DNA from: Octopus vulgaris
Taxonomy: Eukaryota
Length of the DNA stretch: 64,000 nt
Reading direction: 5' to 3'
Assembly (NCBI GenBank): GCA_951406725.2
Contig: OX597819.1
Coordinates: forward strand, 108,376,001 to 108,440,000
Under the pieces are notes generated by a model. The model was not told the DNA's origin, ran no database searches, and saw only the letters and a list, made by a program, of their open reading frames with translations. The stretch's first letter is position 1. Every line of letters starts with the position of its first letter. The translations under genes were made by a program, and so were the position numbers. Below are positions 12,291-24,894 of the stretch, piece after piece.

Positions 12291-13757
12291 TCTGACAGCA
12301 AAATATACCCTGACATGAAAGCAGTGTTTAGAGGCTGAGATACTTCATACTCTGCCTTGCATACATTTTTCTGCCCTTATCACTACAAATCCTTTGAATT
12401 CTTCATCACTCAATTGTTTGTTCCCTATATATTTAAACTCTCTTTATTTCTCTTTATCTCTCTTTCTTCCTCTCTCTTTCTCTCTCTCTCTTCCACTTAT
12501 AGTATTCTATTCTCCATTTCTCATCTCACCACCAGTGCTGACCACATTATCTTCATCACTGACTCTCTTACTCTTTTATCAGACTTGTATCTCAGAGATT
12601 TTCATCCATTTTCTTGGCCTAAGTATAAGACACTGCATTAGACCATTTTCATCTCTTTGTACACTATATTCTAACTTTACCTTAGTATACTACTTTTCAT
12701 TGTAGCACCATCACAGGAGAGGTGATGTGCCTTGCACACAGGACAATGTCAAGAGTATTCAATGCGCTAAGACATATATGCCAAGTATACCAGTAGCAAG
12801 GTCAGAAGTAGATGAGGGAAGTTATGCTATCATTTTCCCCACTCTTCAGAGCTGCTTCTGTTGCCACTCATCATCTCCACTTTTCTTATCCCATCACCTA
12901 TCCTTACTCTTGTCTATCTCTGCTGTTGCCAATCACTCTCTGCATGTCGCCACCCTAAAAACCCTGGTGTTTACATCATACTGCTGCTCATGTCTTTTCT
13001 CACACAGTCAGTTACTTTTGATTTCATTGCTCTCTTTTTTATTATCTCTTCCTTGCTTACCTGACAAAATGTACATACCATAGGTTATTGAACACTCTCT
13101 GCACTTACATATTTGCTTCCTTCTCTCACTTCTAACCTCGCTGCTGGCATTACACTCCCCTCTATTTTCCCATCTTTGGTCTACATGTCTTAATTCATTG
13201 AGTACTCTCTACACTGTCTTGTGTACAAGGCACCATTTCTCTTGTATATAAATGCAAAACTGACAAACTAACAAGACAGTCTTTCTTGTGCTGGTACAAC
13301 AAAAATGTGTTTAGTACACACTGTAAAGTTGTTGGCAAATGGGCAGAGAATACATTAGGATTCTGAAGACATTTTTACAACCTTTTTTGCATTGGTGCCT
13401 TGAGAAAATACTCATTCTGTAAAATGGTTGGTGATAGGAAGGTAATCCAGCCATAGAAATCAAAGCTTCAGTCTATGGGAACAACAGCTTCTAATAAAAA
13501 ATGGCTTGGATGGATTGTCACCCATCCAGCTCATACCAATATGGAAAACAAGTATAAAATAATGAGGAGGATATATGTGTATGTGTGCTTATGTATATAT
13601 ATAGATGCAGGCGTAGCTGTGTGGTAAGAAACTTGCTTCCCAACCACATGGTTCCAGGTTCAGTTCCACTGCATGGCACCTTGGGCAAGTATCTTCTACT
13701 ATAGCCTCAGGCTGACCAAAACCTTGTGACATGGTAGACAGAAGCTTGTCGTATATA

Positions 13758-16700
13758 TCATCATCATGATCATCATCATTTAACATCCGTTGACCATGCT
13801 GGCATGGGTTGGATGGTTTGACCAGGGCTGGCATGCTGGAAGGCTGAACCACACACCATTCTGATTTGGCATGGTTTTCTACAGCTGGATGCCCTTCCTA
13901 ACAACAGTCACTCTGAGAGTGTAATGGGTGCTTTTATGTGCCACCAACACGGGTGTCATTTACATGACACCAGTATCTGCAACAACTATGATTTTGCTTG
14001 GCTTGATGGGTCTTCTTCTCAAGTATGACATAATGCCAAAGATCTTGGTCATTGCCGCCATGAGGTTCAACACTCGAAAGGAGCTCAACCACTTAGCTTC
14101 CATGAGACCCAACGCTTAAAATGTACTTTTTACATTCCACTAGCACAGGTACCAGTTATGTGACACCAACATCCATGACTACAATTTCACTTGGCTTCAC
14201 CAGTCTTCTCAGGCACAGCATATCGCTAAAGGTCTTGTTCACTAGTCATTGCCTCTGTGAGGCGCAAAGTTCAAAGTTCACCACTTAATCCCATGTCTTC
14301 CTGAGTCTACCTCTTCTACAGGTTCCCTCCACAGTTAGAGATCGACACCTCTTTACACAGCTGTCCTTGTCCATACACATCATATGACCATACCAGTGCA
14401 GTCATATCTCTTGCACCCCACATTTGATGCCTCTTATGCCTAATTCTTCTCTTGTGATGCTTACACTCTGTCAAACATGCACACTGACATTGCACATCCA
14501 GCGAAGCATATTGACTTCAATTCTTTCAAACCTACACATGTCCTTGGCTGTCCCAGCCCTTGTTTCACTGCCATGTAGCATAGCTGTTCACACACAGGCA
14601 TCATACAATCTGATTTTCACTCTGAGAGAGAGGCCCTTTGTTGCCAGCAAAGGTAGGAGTTCTCTGAACTTTTCCCAGCCTAATCTTATTCTCTTGGAGC
14701 ATCCACCTCCACTACTGACTTGGTCACCTAGATAAAGGAAGCTACCTCTAGCTTGTTCCCCTAGCAGCTAATGGAGTCTATTTTCTACACATTTCCAGTG
14801 CTTATTTTACCTGTGCATCTTCCACATACAAAATCTAGCTTCCTATTAACCTTCCTCTGATATAACTGCACCTTTTATGTGTCCAAAGCTTACATTGAGT
14901 GCATCTTATGGAGTTTCTATCTATGCCTTTTCTACAGATCGAGCAAGGCCATCTACCTGAAGGGATTTGTGATTTGTTTGCCTTCCTACTTACTAAGACT
15001 TTGATTTTTGCTAGGTTAACTCTAAGGCCCTTCGATTGTAGACCATCTTCCATACCTGGAACTTCTATAGTTCTGGTAGTGATTCAACGTGCAAGGTCAT
15101 CAGCATAGAGGAACACCCAGGGGAAGCCTGTCTTGAATTCCTCTGTTATTGCCTGAAGGACTATGATGAACAAGAGGGGGCTGAGCACTGATCCTTGGTG
15201 AACCCCCATTTGTACTCTGAATTCTTTGCTGTACCCATTGCCAACCCTCACCTTACTTGTGGCATCCCTGTACATAGCTTGAACAGCTCTCACCAACCAC
15301 TTATCTATTCCTAGTTTCTGCATTGACCTCCAGATAAGGGATCAGGGTGCCCTGTCAACAAAGCCAAGTACAGAGTTTATCTTTGTCTGTATATTTCTAC
15401 TGCAGCTTCCTTACCAGAAATATAGCTTTAGTGGTGTTTCTCCCTGGCACAAAACCAAACTGCATCTCATCTAGGCTCTCTCCTTAATTAGTTGGGCAAT
15501 GACATTCTCTGTAACTTCCATCACCTGATCCAACAATTTGATACCTCTGTAAATATTTCTACCTAAGGCATCACCTTTACCTTTGTAGCAGTTGACTATG
15601 GTGCTGCTACACCAGTCATTGGATATGGCTTTTTCGTAAACCACCTGATTTACAATATGGGGGACTAGAGCGTACACCACACTGCCAGATATTTTAAGCA
15701 TCTCAGCAGTGATTCCTGATGGGCCAGGGGCTTCCCTGTCTTCATATTCTTAAATGCTTTATCTACGAGGGAACTGTTGATTCAGGTAGCTCGTCCCTCA
15801 ATTGGGTCAACATTTGGCAGACTCTCCTCCTTCCATTCATTCTCTACATTCATAATGACATTTCCAAGCCTCTTTCTTTGCAGAATCATTAAATGCAAGT
15901 GTACCATCATCCACGTGGACACATTTCTCTCCTATGACATCACAATTTTCTCTTACACACTGTCTTGCAATCCAAAACACCTCAGTTCTTTGGTCCTCAC
16001 ATCGCTGAACATAGGAAAAACTTCTTTACTGCTTCTCCCTTGGCTAGATATACCTGTCTCCTAGCTTACCTTCTGGCTATCTGATACAGTTTCCTGCTAC
16101 CTCCACTCTTCCAGGCCTTCCAAGCCAGTTTCTCTTTTCTCTAATGGCTCTGTCTACTGCATTGCTCCACCACCACATTACCCTAGATCTGGATGGGACT
16201 TTGCACCAGCCACAGATTTGGTCTGTGGCATTCAGCAGGCTGTTTTACAAGAATTCCCAGTTGCCCTCTATGTCACAAGTCTGTAGCTCCTCCTCCCTCT
16301 CATCAAATTCCTCAGTTAGGGTGTTCCTAAATTTCTGACCATACGAAGGGTCTTTAAACTTCTAAATCCTTATTTTCCAGGTTGGTCTGCTTCTTGGCGT
16401 CTTTCTGGCCTGGATTCTAAAATCACTAATGACTATGCCAGGAGGTACATTCTTCACCAGGTAGGGTCTTTATATTTATGAGCAACAATGCATCCAGCTG
16501 TTTGGTGAGAATGTAATCGATCTGGGTAGCACAGTCACAATTCCATGCCCCCCGCCCCATGGACACCATGGAAGATACCAATCTGCCATCCAAAGTCCCC
16601 AGCCACAAAGATGAGATTATTATCACTCGTCTTTGAGGTTGCCTGCAGAAGAATATCATAAAAGTGGTCCTTCAATTCATTTGGTAGGCCTGCTTGAGGG

Positions 16701-16960
16701 GCATAGGCAGAGATAATTGTCACTATACTATTCTGCAAGACTAGCCTGAGCTTAAGCACTCTATTGCACATTCTGACTACCTCTATGACTTTATCTACCT
16801 ATTTCTCTGCCTTTTGTCTTGGATGCAGCATACATACATTTACATGTCTTGATTCAAGCATGCCAACAATCTCGCTAGACCTACCTTTTAATGTACCTAA
16901 ATTGACAGTGCCAACTCTGAAAACTGGGAAAGGGACCTGGGAGGGAACCTGGGAAGGAGT
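13758..16960 (-). mobile_element. Near full-length RTE-clade LINE pseudogene (APE endonuclease + RT, PHD-like finger inside RT) with structured 3' UTR and (GAT)n tail
   Basis: LRVGTVNLGTLKGRS start; IISAYAPQAG..FVAGDF and TQIDYIL (APE); YKGKGD..YRGIKLL, GVHQGSVLSPLLF, LYADDL, GLRVN and FLYLGD (RT); several stops and frameshifts. Confidence 0.92.
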
Positions 16961-17219
16961 GATGCTATTCGTGTGTGTGTGTGTGTGTACGTGTGTGTGT
17001 GTTTATATAAATATATATATTTGTGTTTGTCTCCCCACCATTGCTTGACAACCGATGTTGGTGTATTTACATTCCCATAACTTAGCAATTCACCAAACGA
17101 TACTGATAGAATAAGTATTAGGTTTACAAAGAATAAGTACTGGGGTTGATTTCTTCAATAAATGGTGGTACTCCATCATGGTCGCAGTCCAATGACTGAA
17201 ACAAGTAAAAGAATAAAAG

Positions 17220-17238
17220 AATAGATAAATAGATAGAT

Positions 17239-17271
<33 letters not shown>

Positions 17272-17625
17272 CATACATACATACATACATACATACATAC
17301 ATACATACATACATACATACATACATACATACATACATACATACATACATACATACATACATACATACATACATACATACATACATACATACATACATAC
17401 ATACATACATACATACATACATACATACATACATACATACATACATACATACATACATACATACATACATACATACATACATACATACATACATACATAC
17501 ATACATACATACATACATACATACATACATACATACATACATACATACATACATACATACATACATACATACATACATGCATGCATGCATGCATGCATGC
17601 ATGCATGCATACATACATACATACA
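17220..17625. repeat. (ATAG)n, then about 300 bp of pure (ATAC)n, then (ATGC)n, attached to a SINE family C tail
   Basis: Directly visible; the SINE 3' half lies at about 16990-17220. Confidence 0.95.
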
Positions 17626-18030
17626 GAGGGAGAGAGAGAGACAGAGAAATGCATATAATACCAGAATTATAGCCCTATCATATTTCAAATCAATCTCTAC
17701 TTTTATGTACCCTAAGGTTTTATGATCCCTCCCTAGGATATACTTTAAGGACTATCTAACACTTCAACCCTCAATTTGCTCCACCCACCAGCATGGGTAG
17801 AACCTTGAACAAAGCTGCATAAGAATGTCTACTTTGGATGGATATATTTACTGCAACTGAACTAATTAAATGCACATAAATGTTACATCAAAGGACTTTA
17901 GGACACTTATCCAGTAGAAATATATGTCAAATTGAAATTAATGTGAATTTAATGAGAATAATATTGTAATAAACAAATTTTGAAGATTTATAATTCTCCA
18001 TTCTTCTTTATGATGTGTGTGTGTGTGTGT

Positions 18031-18333
18031 GGAAGCACATGACCTAGTGGTTAGAGCAGCGGACTCATGGTCAAGGGATCGCGGGTTTGAATCTCAGACC
18101 GGGCGATGTGTGTGTTTATGAGCGAAACACCTAAGCTCCATGCGGCTCCAGCAGAAGGTAATGGCGAAACTTCTGCTGACTCTTTCGCCACAACTTTCTC
18201 TCACTCTTTCCTCCTGCATCTTGCAGCTCACCTGCAATGGACCGGTGTCCCATCCAGGTGGGGAACCTATATGCCAAGGAAACCAAGAAACCAGCCCTAA
18301 TGAGCCAGGAATGACTTGAGAAAGAACAAACAA
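18031..18333 (+). mobile_element. tRNA-derived SINE related to family A
   Basis: GGAAGCACATGACCTAGTGGTTAGAGCAGCGGACTC..GGGTTTGAATCTC A/B boxes; body similar to 366-670; ends in aacaaacaaa. Confidence 0.85.
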
Positions 18334-18337
18334 AATA

Positions 18338-18389
<52 letters not shown>

Positions 18390-18831
18390 TTTATATTTAT
18401 ACGTCTGTATATGTATGGCGTTTGCACGCATCCTTCTGTGTATGTTGATATATATATGTACACTTTAATATAAATATGTATTGCAGTGTAATATTTATAA
18501 TAGGTTTTAATTTCTATGCTTTAATTATGCTTTCTTCATTAACGTCAATATGTATTTTATTCAATGTAAGGTTTTTTCCTCGAATTTTATAATTTTTATA
18601 AGTTTATATATATATATACATATATTTTTGACCTTTTTGTTTATTGCTCGAAGATTGACCGTTTTTTCTAAAGGGCCAATCAAACAAGTCCATTTTTTTA
18701 AAGGTGTAGCGTTTGTAAGAGTCTAGATTGAATTGATATATCGGTTCCATTCTAGCAAAAACTGTCTGATGAACGGCAACGAGAAACTCAGAGTAACAGA
18801 TTTTGTTGAATTTTCTGCTGCTTAAAATAAA

Positions 18832-18835
<4 letters not shown>
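18390..18835 (+). mobile_element. (TA)n-flanked ~445-bp Penelope-like pLTR or retrozyme-like element
   Basis: Bounded by long TA arrays on both sides; T-rich, non-coding, with a hammerhead motif and AATAAA near the 3' end. Confidence 0.65.
18756..18805 (+). ncRNA. Minimal type I hammerhead ribozyme motif
   Basis: Stem I CAAAAaCTGT / ACAGaTTTTG (9 of 10 bp); core CTGATGA 18766-72; mini stem II a-CG-gcaa-CG-a; GAAA 18783-86; self-complementary stem III ACTC-a-GAGT; GUA triplet 18793-95. Confidence 0.75.
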
Positions 18836-18891
<56 letters not shown>

Positions 18892-18909
18892 GTATACATA
18901 TTATATATT

Positions 18910-19620
18910 TGATGTGTGTGTGCAAACATTACTGACCACACATATTGAAATGTATGCACTTTACATGTTTGCCAGTTGGCTGCAATTTAGTGTGGGGGCA
19001 AAAACACCTGAAAGTCATGGACAGGCAGGACGACTCACCTCAAATCCTATTCAGGAGTGATGGATATTGATATTTCGCAATTTTTGTGGCTTATCAACTT
19101 AAAATTCCTGAATTGAATAGGAGCCAAACAGAACCACCAGTCTATGACTTTATACAAATAGTGTAAAAACCATTTGTCGGTATGCCATGATGATGCGTAC
19201 ATAAGAATAAATTCAAGTCTGAATTAGAAGCAACACTGGTGTTGCAAACATTATCAACCACCTATACTCAATGTCTGAGCTTGCATGTTCTCTGGTAGGC
19301 TACGACATAGCATGGTGGGGATGACTCCCTCAAAGAAACAGATGTTAAAATGCCTAAAAGTCATAGACCTGAATCAGCATCACATACCTGATATTGATAA
19401 GCCACAAAAATAGTTAAATATTGATTTACATTGCTCCTGAATGGGATTTGGGATGAGTTGTCTCACCTGTCTATGACTTTCAGGTGTTTTAACGACTGGT
19501 GCTTTGAAGGAGTCTCCCCCACCATGCTAAATCGCAGCCTATTGATGAACAAGCAAAATACATACATTGAGGATGTGTGATCAATGATGTTTACTACACA
19601 TGCATTGCTTCTAATTCATA
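18910..19620. mobile_element. Foldback/MITE-like element with long imperfect inverted repeats
   Basis: 18924-19097 is an inverted copy of 19394-19592 (aaaacacctgaaagtcat..tttttgtggcttatcaa / ttgataagccacaaaaa..atgactttcaggtgtttt); a third copy of the arm lies at 19220-19370. Confidence 0.75.
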
Positions 19621-19649
19621 TTTGAATATATATATATCTATGTATACTT

Positions 19650-20310
19650 AAAGGGCTTCTCTCAGTTCCTGTCTATCAAATCCACTCACAAGGGTTTGAT
19701 CAGACCAAGACTACAGTAGAAGACACCTGCCCAATGCAGCAAACTATGGGATTGTACCCTGGACCCTGTAGTTGGGAAGCAAACTTCTTACCACATGGCC
19801 ATGCCTGTGCCTGCCAGTGTGCCTGTCTGAATATATATATATGTGTGCATGTTTATGTGTATATATATAGAGAGACAATCAGTGAGAGCTAGATATACTC
19901 AGGTCAGAAAACACATAATAGTGCTCAAATGAATGTATGTGTATGTGTGTGTGTGTGTCTCTCTCTCTCTTTCTCTTTCTCTCTCTCTCTTTATATACAT
20001 ATATATAAATATGTGCGTGTGTGTGTGTATGTGTGTGTGTTTGTGTGTGTGTATATATATATAGAGAGAGAGAGAGAGAAAGAGAGAGAGATAAATAGAT
20101 AGATAGATAGATAGATAGATAGACACACACGAGTGCACGGGCACACACAATGGACTTCTTTCAGTTTCTGTCTACTAAAGTACACTCACAAACCTTTCGT
20201 TGGCCAGGGACTAGATAACAGAAGACACTTCCTCGAATAACCTTACAGTAGGACTAAACCTAAAATCATAGTTGAGTCATGAAGTTTTTAACCGCATTAC
20301 CTGCATAAGC
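19650..20310 (-). mobile_element. Two SINE family C 5' halves separated by microsatellites
   Basis: ttc..tcagtt.ctgtcta..aaatccactcacaagg..agaagacac..cccaa at 19650-19815 and 20150-20310. Confidence 0.65.
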
Positions 20311-20667
20311 CTGCACTTGCATGCATGCACGCACATGTACGCGCATGAGTCATGTCATAATTAGCTGGGTTTCTTGTGTATCACCTTGAAGGTAAAAGAG
20401 TTGCAGGTTCAAATCTAGTATTTGACTGTATGCTTTTTCTTTTATTGAGACATTTACTTCTGCATATATCTAGCTGCATCACTTCATGGTACAGTTAGGT
20501 ATATAAATAATATTGAAATCAATAGAAGCATTGCTTTTGCTTTCTTGCTGCAGTGAGTTTGAAATCCTGTCACAATTTACATTAATGTTAGAGTAACAGT
20601 GTTAACAGCAAAAACAATATGACACTGGTTACAATAACAGCAACCACAATACCAGCAACAGCAGTGT

Positions 20668-21040
20668 GGAGGTGCAATGGCTCAGTGGTTAGGGCAGCAG
20701 ACTCGCAGTCGGAGGATTGCGGTTTCAATTCCCAGACCGGGCGTTGTGTGTGTTTATTGAGCCAAAACACCTAAAGCTCCACGAGGCTCCGGCAGGGGGT
20801 GGTGGCGACCCCTGTTGTACTCTTTCGCCCCAACTTTCTCTCACACTTTCTTCCTGTTTCTTGTCCCCAACTTCCTACACAACTGCTGAGCCTGGATGCG
20901 CATTCATCCATCCGTCGATGCTCTCGGTATCGGGGGTTGACCTGCTTTCTCTTCTGCGGGTCTTACGAATAGCAAAGGGCCACGTTTCGGACTTCTCCTA
21001 TCTTGCGAGCTCTGGGACGAAGACCGTTCGCTCAACAGCA
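20668..21040 (+). mobile_element. SINE family A head and body with an alternative 3' tail
   Basis: A box TGGCTCAGTGG, B box GGTTTCAATTCCC; matches the 366-670 copy up to about 20863, then an unrelated CpG-rich tail ending in (CAA)-type repeats. Confidence 0.85.
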
Positions 21041-21104
21041 ACCAGCAACAGCAGTAATGACATCAACAATCACAGCAACAATACAATAGCAGCAAAGGCA
21101 GGAG

Positions 21105-21305
21105 CAGTGGAAGCATTCATGCAATCGCTCGATCTGCTAGAAATAGCAGCAAAATCTTCTTCAGATTTTGCCCTGTAGTCATAACACACATTGGATTATA
21201 CCTAGATACACTGCATCTGAATAAAAGACAGGATGGTCAAGACTGGGTTATGTTTGATTCTCGAGCTGCTTGATCAGGTCTGACCTCAACTAAACAGCAA
21301 CAATG
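21105..21305 (+). repeat. Abundant ~200-bp dispersed repeat with (AAC)n tail (family D), representative copy
   Basis: ctgctagaaatagcagc.aaatct..cattggat..gatggtca..tttgat..gcttgatcagg.ctgacc..taaacagcaac; recurs at about 7385, 22090, 28390, 36240, 42730-43570, 44390, 52200, 52690, 55090, 56540-57050 and 60700. Confidence 0.75.
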
Positions 21306-21539
21306 ATAGCAATAAAAAAAATACCAAGAGCAACAACAACAACAGCAGCAGTAACTACGGTAATAATCACAAGTACAAGAGCACTCAGAGAGCACAAACC
21401 TCCACCAAGGTAACACCAACATCCCCTAAACGATTAGCCAGAGATGAGTTTTAAAATGAGAATATCTGAAATAAACTCGACTGCTCTCACAAATAGAAAT
21501 ATTAAAAATGAACCTGACTGCTCTCAAAAATTAGGTATA

Positions 21540-21972
21540 AAAACAGGAAAAATAATCTAGAATCCTTGTCTGGTATTGGATCAATCCTAAAAATCTAATT
21601 TCTTTATTGCCCACAAGGGGTTAAACATAGAGGGGACAAACAAGAACAGGCAAAGGGATTAAGTCGATTACATCGACCCCAGTGCATAACTGGTACTTAA
21701 TTTATCGACCTCGAAAGAATGAAAGGCAAAGACGACCATGGCGGAATTTGAACTCAGAACATAACGGCAGACAAAATACCGCTAAACATTTCGCCTGGCA
21801 TGCTAATGATTCTGCCAGCTCATCGCCTAAAAATCCTAAAAATCTAATTAGTTTGTGCTAGTCATGAGTCCAAATCCATCCAGTGGTTCTTGAGATATCT
21901 TGTCCATGGACAAACAAGCAAACAAACGTGACTGAAAACAGTACCTCACCTTTGCTAAGGCGGAGGTAATAA
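21540..21972 (-). mobile_element. Helentron-associated (HINE/DINE-1-like) non-autonomous element, interrupted by a SINE
   Basis: Minus start TTATTACCTCCGCCttagcaaAGGTGAGGTA (stem-loop), gtttgtttg microsatellite, gatatctcaagaaccactggatggattt core. Confidence 0.6.
21601..21831 (-). mobile_element. Young SINE family B insertion with an 18-bp target-site duplication
   Basis: TSD aatcctaaaaatctaatt at 21583-21600 and 21832-21849; CpGs retained; GAGTTCAAATTCC B box. Confidence 0.9.
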
Positions 21973-22464
21973 CAGCTTCATAAAAAATTTGATAGTCATT
22001 ATTGATGCAGCTGCTGCTTCCCCTAATCAGTCCTGATTGAGGGAACATATTTAAAACTGTTCCATCTATGACTGCCCTAACTTTTATTCCTAACACTGTG
22101 CATCTATGATTACATTATCCAGTGTGTCTTTTCAATTTTTTTAATATTAGACAAATTTGAGGGAGGCTTGGTTGTTATTTCTTGCAGGTTGAGCAACCAT
22201 AGAGATGCTCGCTCTCTCTCTCTCTCTCTCATTTGTTGTTGTTGTCATTTCTATCATTATTGCTTAGACCCAGGTCTATCCTGGTTGAAAAGATCTGTAA
22301 TCAAAGACATTCTATGTCCAATCTTTGCAAGTATCATTTAACTCACAGTGCATTATACAATGTCTTCTCTTTACAAAGGCAATACCATATGGTTTGAAAG
22401 AGACTTTGCTGCTATTTCTAGCTGTCAAGTGATCAGATATAGTGACCACCATTGACTCAGTGTA

Positions 22465-22789
22465 GTGATGGTGGTGGTGGTGGTGGTGGTGGTGGTGGTG
22501 ATGGTGATGGTGGTGGTGGTGATGGTGGTGGTGGTTTTGACAGAAAGGGGTTATGATGGCATTGAGGATTATAGTGGTATTAATAATAGTAATGGTACTT
22601 ATGATAGAAACGATGCTGATTATAGTGATGATAGTGATTGTAGTGATGATAGTGATAAAGATTAATCATGGTGATAGCGATGAAGAGGATGATGGAGAAT
22701 ATATATATATACTAGCACATACATGCAAACACACATGGGTGGTCGTGGTGGGGTTATGATGGTAGCAGTGCTGGAAATGATGATGTTGA

Positions 22790-22823
<34 letters not shown>

Positions 22824-23383
22824 GGTGGTGGTGGTGGTGGTGGTGGGGATGATGATGATGATGATGTGTGAGGAATTCTTTGAGCTAATTATGCAGTGTT
22901 CCAGAATGTTGTTAATGGTTTATTGTTGTCCACTTGACTACACAGCTGGAATTTGGTAATACTGCTGCTGCAAGATGTCAGTGTGTGTGTGTGTGCGTGT
23001 GCGTGTATGCGCGTGTGTGTGTGTACATGTATATATGCTTATGTCTGTATGTATATGTGTGTGTATATGTACTCATACATGCTTATATATAAGTGTAAAT
23101 TTATGTTTACACATGTATAAATGTACACGTGTGTGTGTGTGTGTGTGTGTGTGTTTTATGACTTAGCCATCCATGACCATTTTCAGCACCTCCCAGATAG
23201 ATGGAATGAAGAAAGGAGGTTACCCTGAGGCTGTATGAGTGTGTTTGAGCATGTATATATCTGTGTATATCTGTGCATGTACTTATATGTGTATGTGCAC
23301 TCATATTATATGTATTATATATGTGGATGTGTGTGTGCATGAGTGTGTGTGTATACATGTGTGCTTGTATGTGTGTGTATGTA

Positions 23384-23463
<80 letters not shown>

Positions 23464-23470
23464 GTGTGAC
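22465..23470. repeat. (GGT)n/(GAT)n and (GT)n microsatellite-rich block
   Basis: Directly visible; source of the poly-V/M and CV ORFs. Confidence 0.9.
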
Positions 23471-23971
23471 TTAGTCACCCATAACCTTTTTCAGGGCCTC
23501 CCAGATGGATTAAAGGAAGAGAAAATGTTATCCTGAGGTTGTTTACCACTAAGTGATATCTGCTGAAAGCACTCAGTGCCCATTATTATCTTTATTATGT
23601 ATAGTTATACACAATTGTATGTGTGTAGAATCTCAGAGTATTATACTAGCAATGAAACAATCAATAGTTCAAATCTTTTCCCCAGAGGTCAATATATACA
23701 CACATATATAAACACACACACACACACACACACATCTTTTATATTTTGCTTGCTTCAGTCATTGAACTATGGCCATGCTGGAGTAATGCCTTGAAGGGTG
23801 AAGCCAAACAAACTGACCCCTGTACTTATTATTTAAGTCTGGTGCTTATTCTATTGGCCTCTTTTGCCAAACTGCTACATTACAGGAACATAAACAAACC
23901 AACAGCAGTTGTTAGATGGTGGAAAGGGGTGGCAAATACAAACACAAAGTCACAAATACATACACGCACAC

Positions 23972-24011
<40 letters not shown>

Positions 24012-24527
24012 ACATAGATGAAAGGCTTCTGCACAGTTTCATCATCATCATCATCATCATTTAGCGTCCGCTAATTAAACTCACTAAGTTTTAATTGACC
24101 CAATGCTGTGATAGCAGTCACTTGACCAAGGTGCTGACCAATGGAATCAAATTCAAAAGCAAGTGTTTGCAAAGCAAACTTCTTAACCACACAGCCATGC
24201 CTATATACATATATATATATATATTCAATTAAATCAAGAATATAAAATTCTCTTAAAGAGATGTCAGCATCCAAGTTCACCAGTTTTATCCAATGTATCA
24301 GTGAATAACCAAAGATGTTAATTTTGCATTGATGGATATGGATAAATATTATGTAATAGAAAAAGAAAATGAAGAAAATGACATACAGACAATTTATTTG
24401 AACATATTCAATTCTGTTTGTACAGAATTAAATATGTTCAAATAAATTGATGTCTATATATCAGTTTCTCCATTTTCTTTTTCTATTACACACACACACA
24501 CACACACAAACACACATATATATATAT

Positions 24528-24705
24528 CCCACACTCAATCTCATGGAAAATCCTCAAAAACCCAGGCCCATACATCAATGGGCTGAAACATAGCAAGTTA
24601 TGCTTAGCTGAATGCGTGAGAATCTTAAAAGACTCACTCAAACCAAAGGCCATACTTAACTCCAGAACATGTTTGCATTTTAGGAGATTCCTGCTAGCGT
24701 TTTGA
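24528..24705 (+). pseudogene. C-terminus of a Penelope-like GIY-YIG endonuclease (Naiad-like Zn-finger type)
   Basis: Frame reads ISWKILKNPGPYINGLKHSKLCLAECVRILKDSLKPKAILNSRTCLHFRRFLLAF*, fitting W.I....PY..G...C.LCL.E...I....LN.R...C.H...F; followed by a hammerhead motif. Confidence 0.7.
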
Positions 24706-24831
24706 AACCCGCAAGATAGCAGCACAGCTGGAAGTCAATAGCCAATGGGGAAGGGAGATAATCCCCTTGTTTACATTTGTAATGAGGCTTTTCCTCTTCA
24801 TATTTTAAAGAGGTCGTAGGCCAACAGATCT

Positions 24832-24894
24832 TGGGGTCTGATGATACACCATAAAGTTAAACTCTTTATGGACAGGAACCCCAGGGTAACCCCA
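24832..24894 (+). ncRNA. Type I hammerhead ribozyme motif with an A13G core change, in a Penelope pLTR
   Basis: Stem I TGGGGT/ACCCCA; CTGATGA 24838-44; stem II CCATAAAG/CTTTATGG; GGAA in place of GAAA at 24875-78; stem III ACCC-ca-GGGT; GUA 24886-88. Confidence 0.7.

Noticed and set aside
18031-18105. tRNA genes, also at 600-670, 20668 and 39854
   Set aside because: These are tRNA-derived SINE heads that continue into SINE bodies and do not give a complete cloverleaf.
24781-24830. Possible SECIS element between the Penelope ORF and the hammerhead
   Set aside because: AUGA and a stem are present, but there is no GA directly on the 3' side of the stem and no AA at the start of the apical loop.
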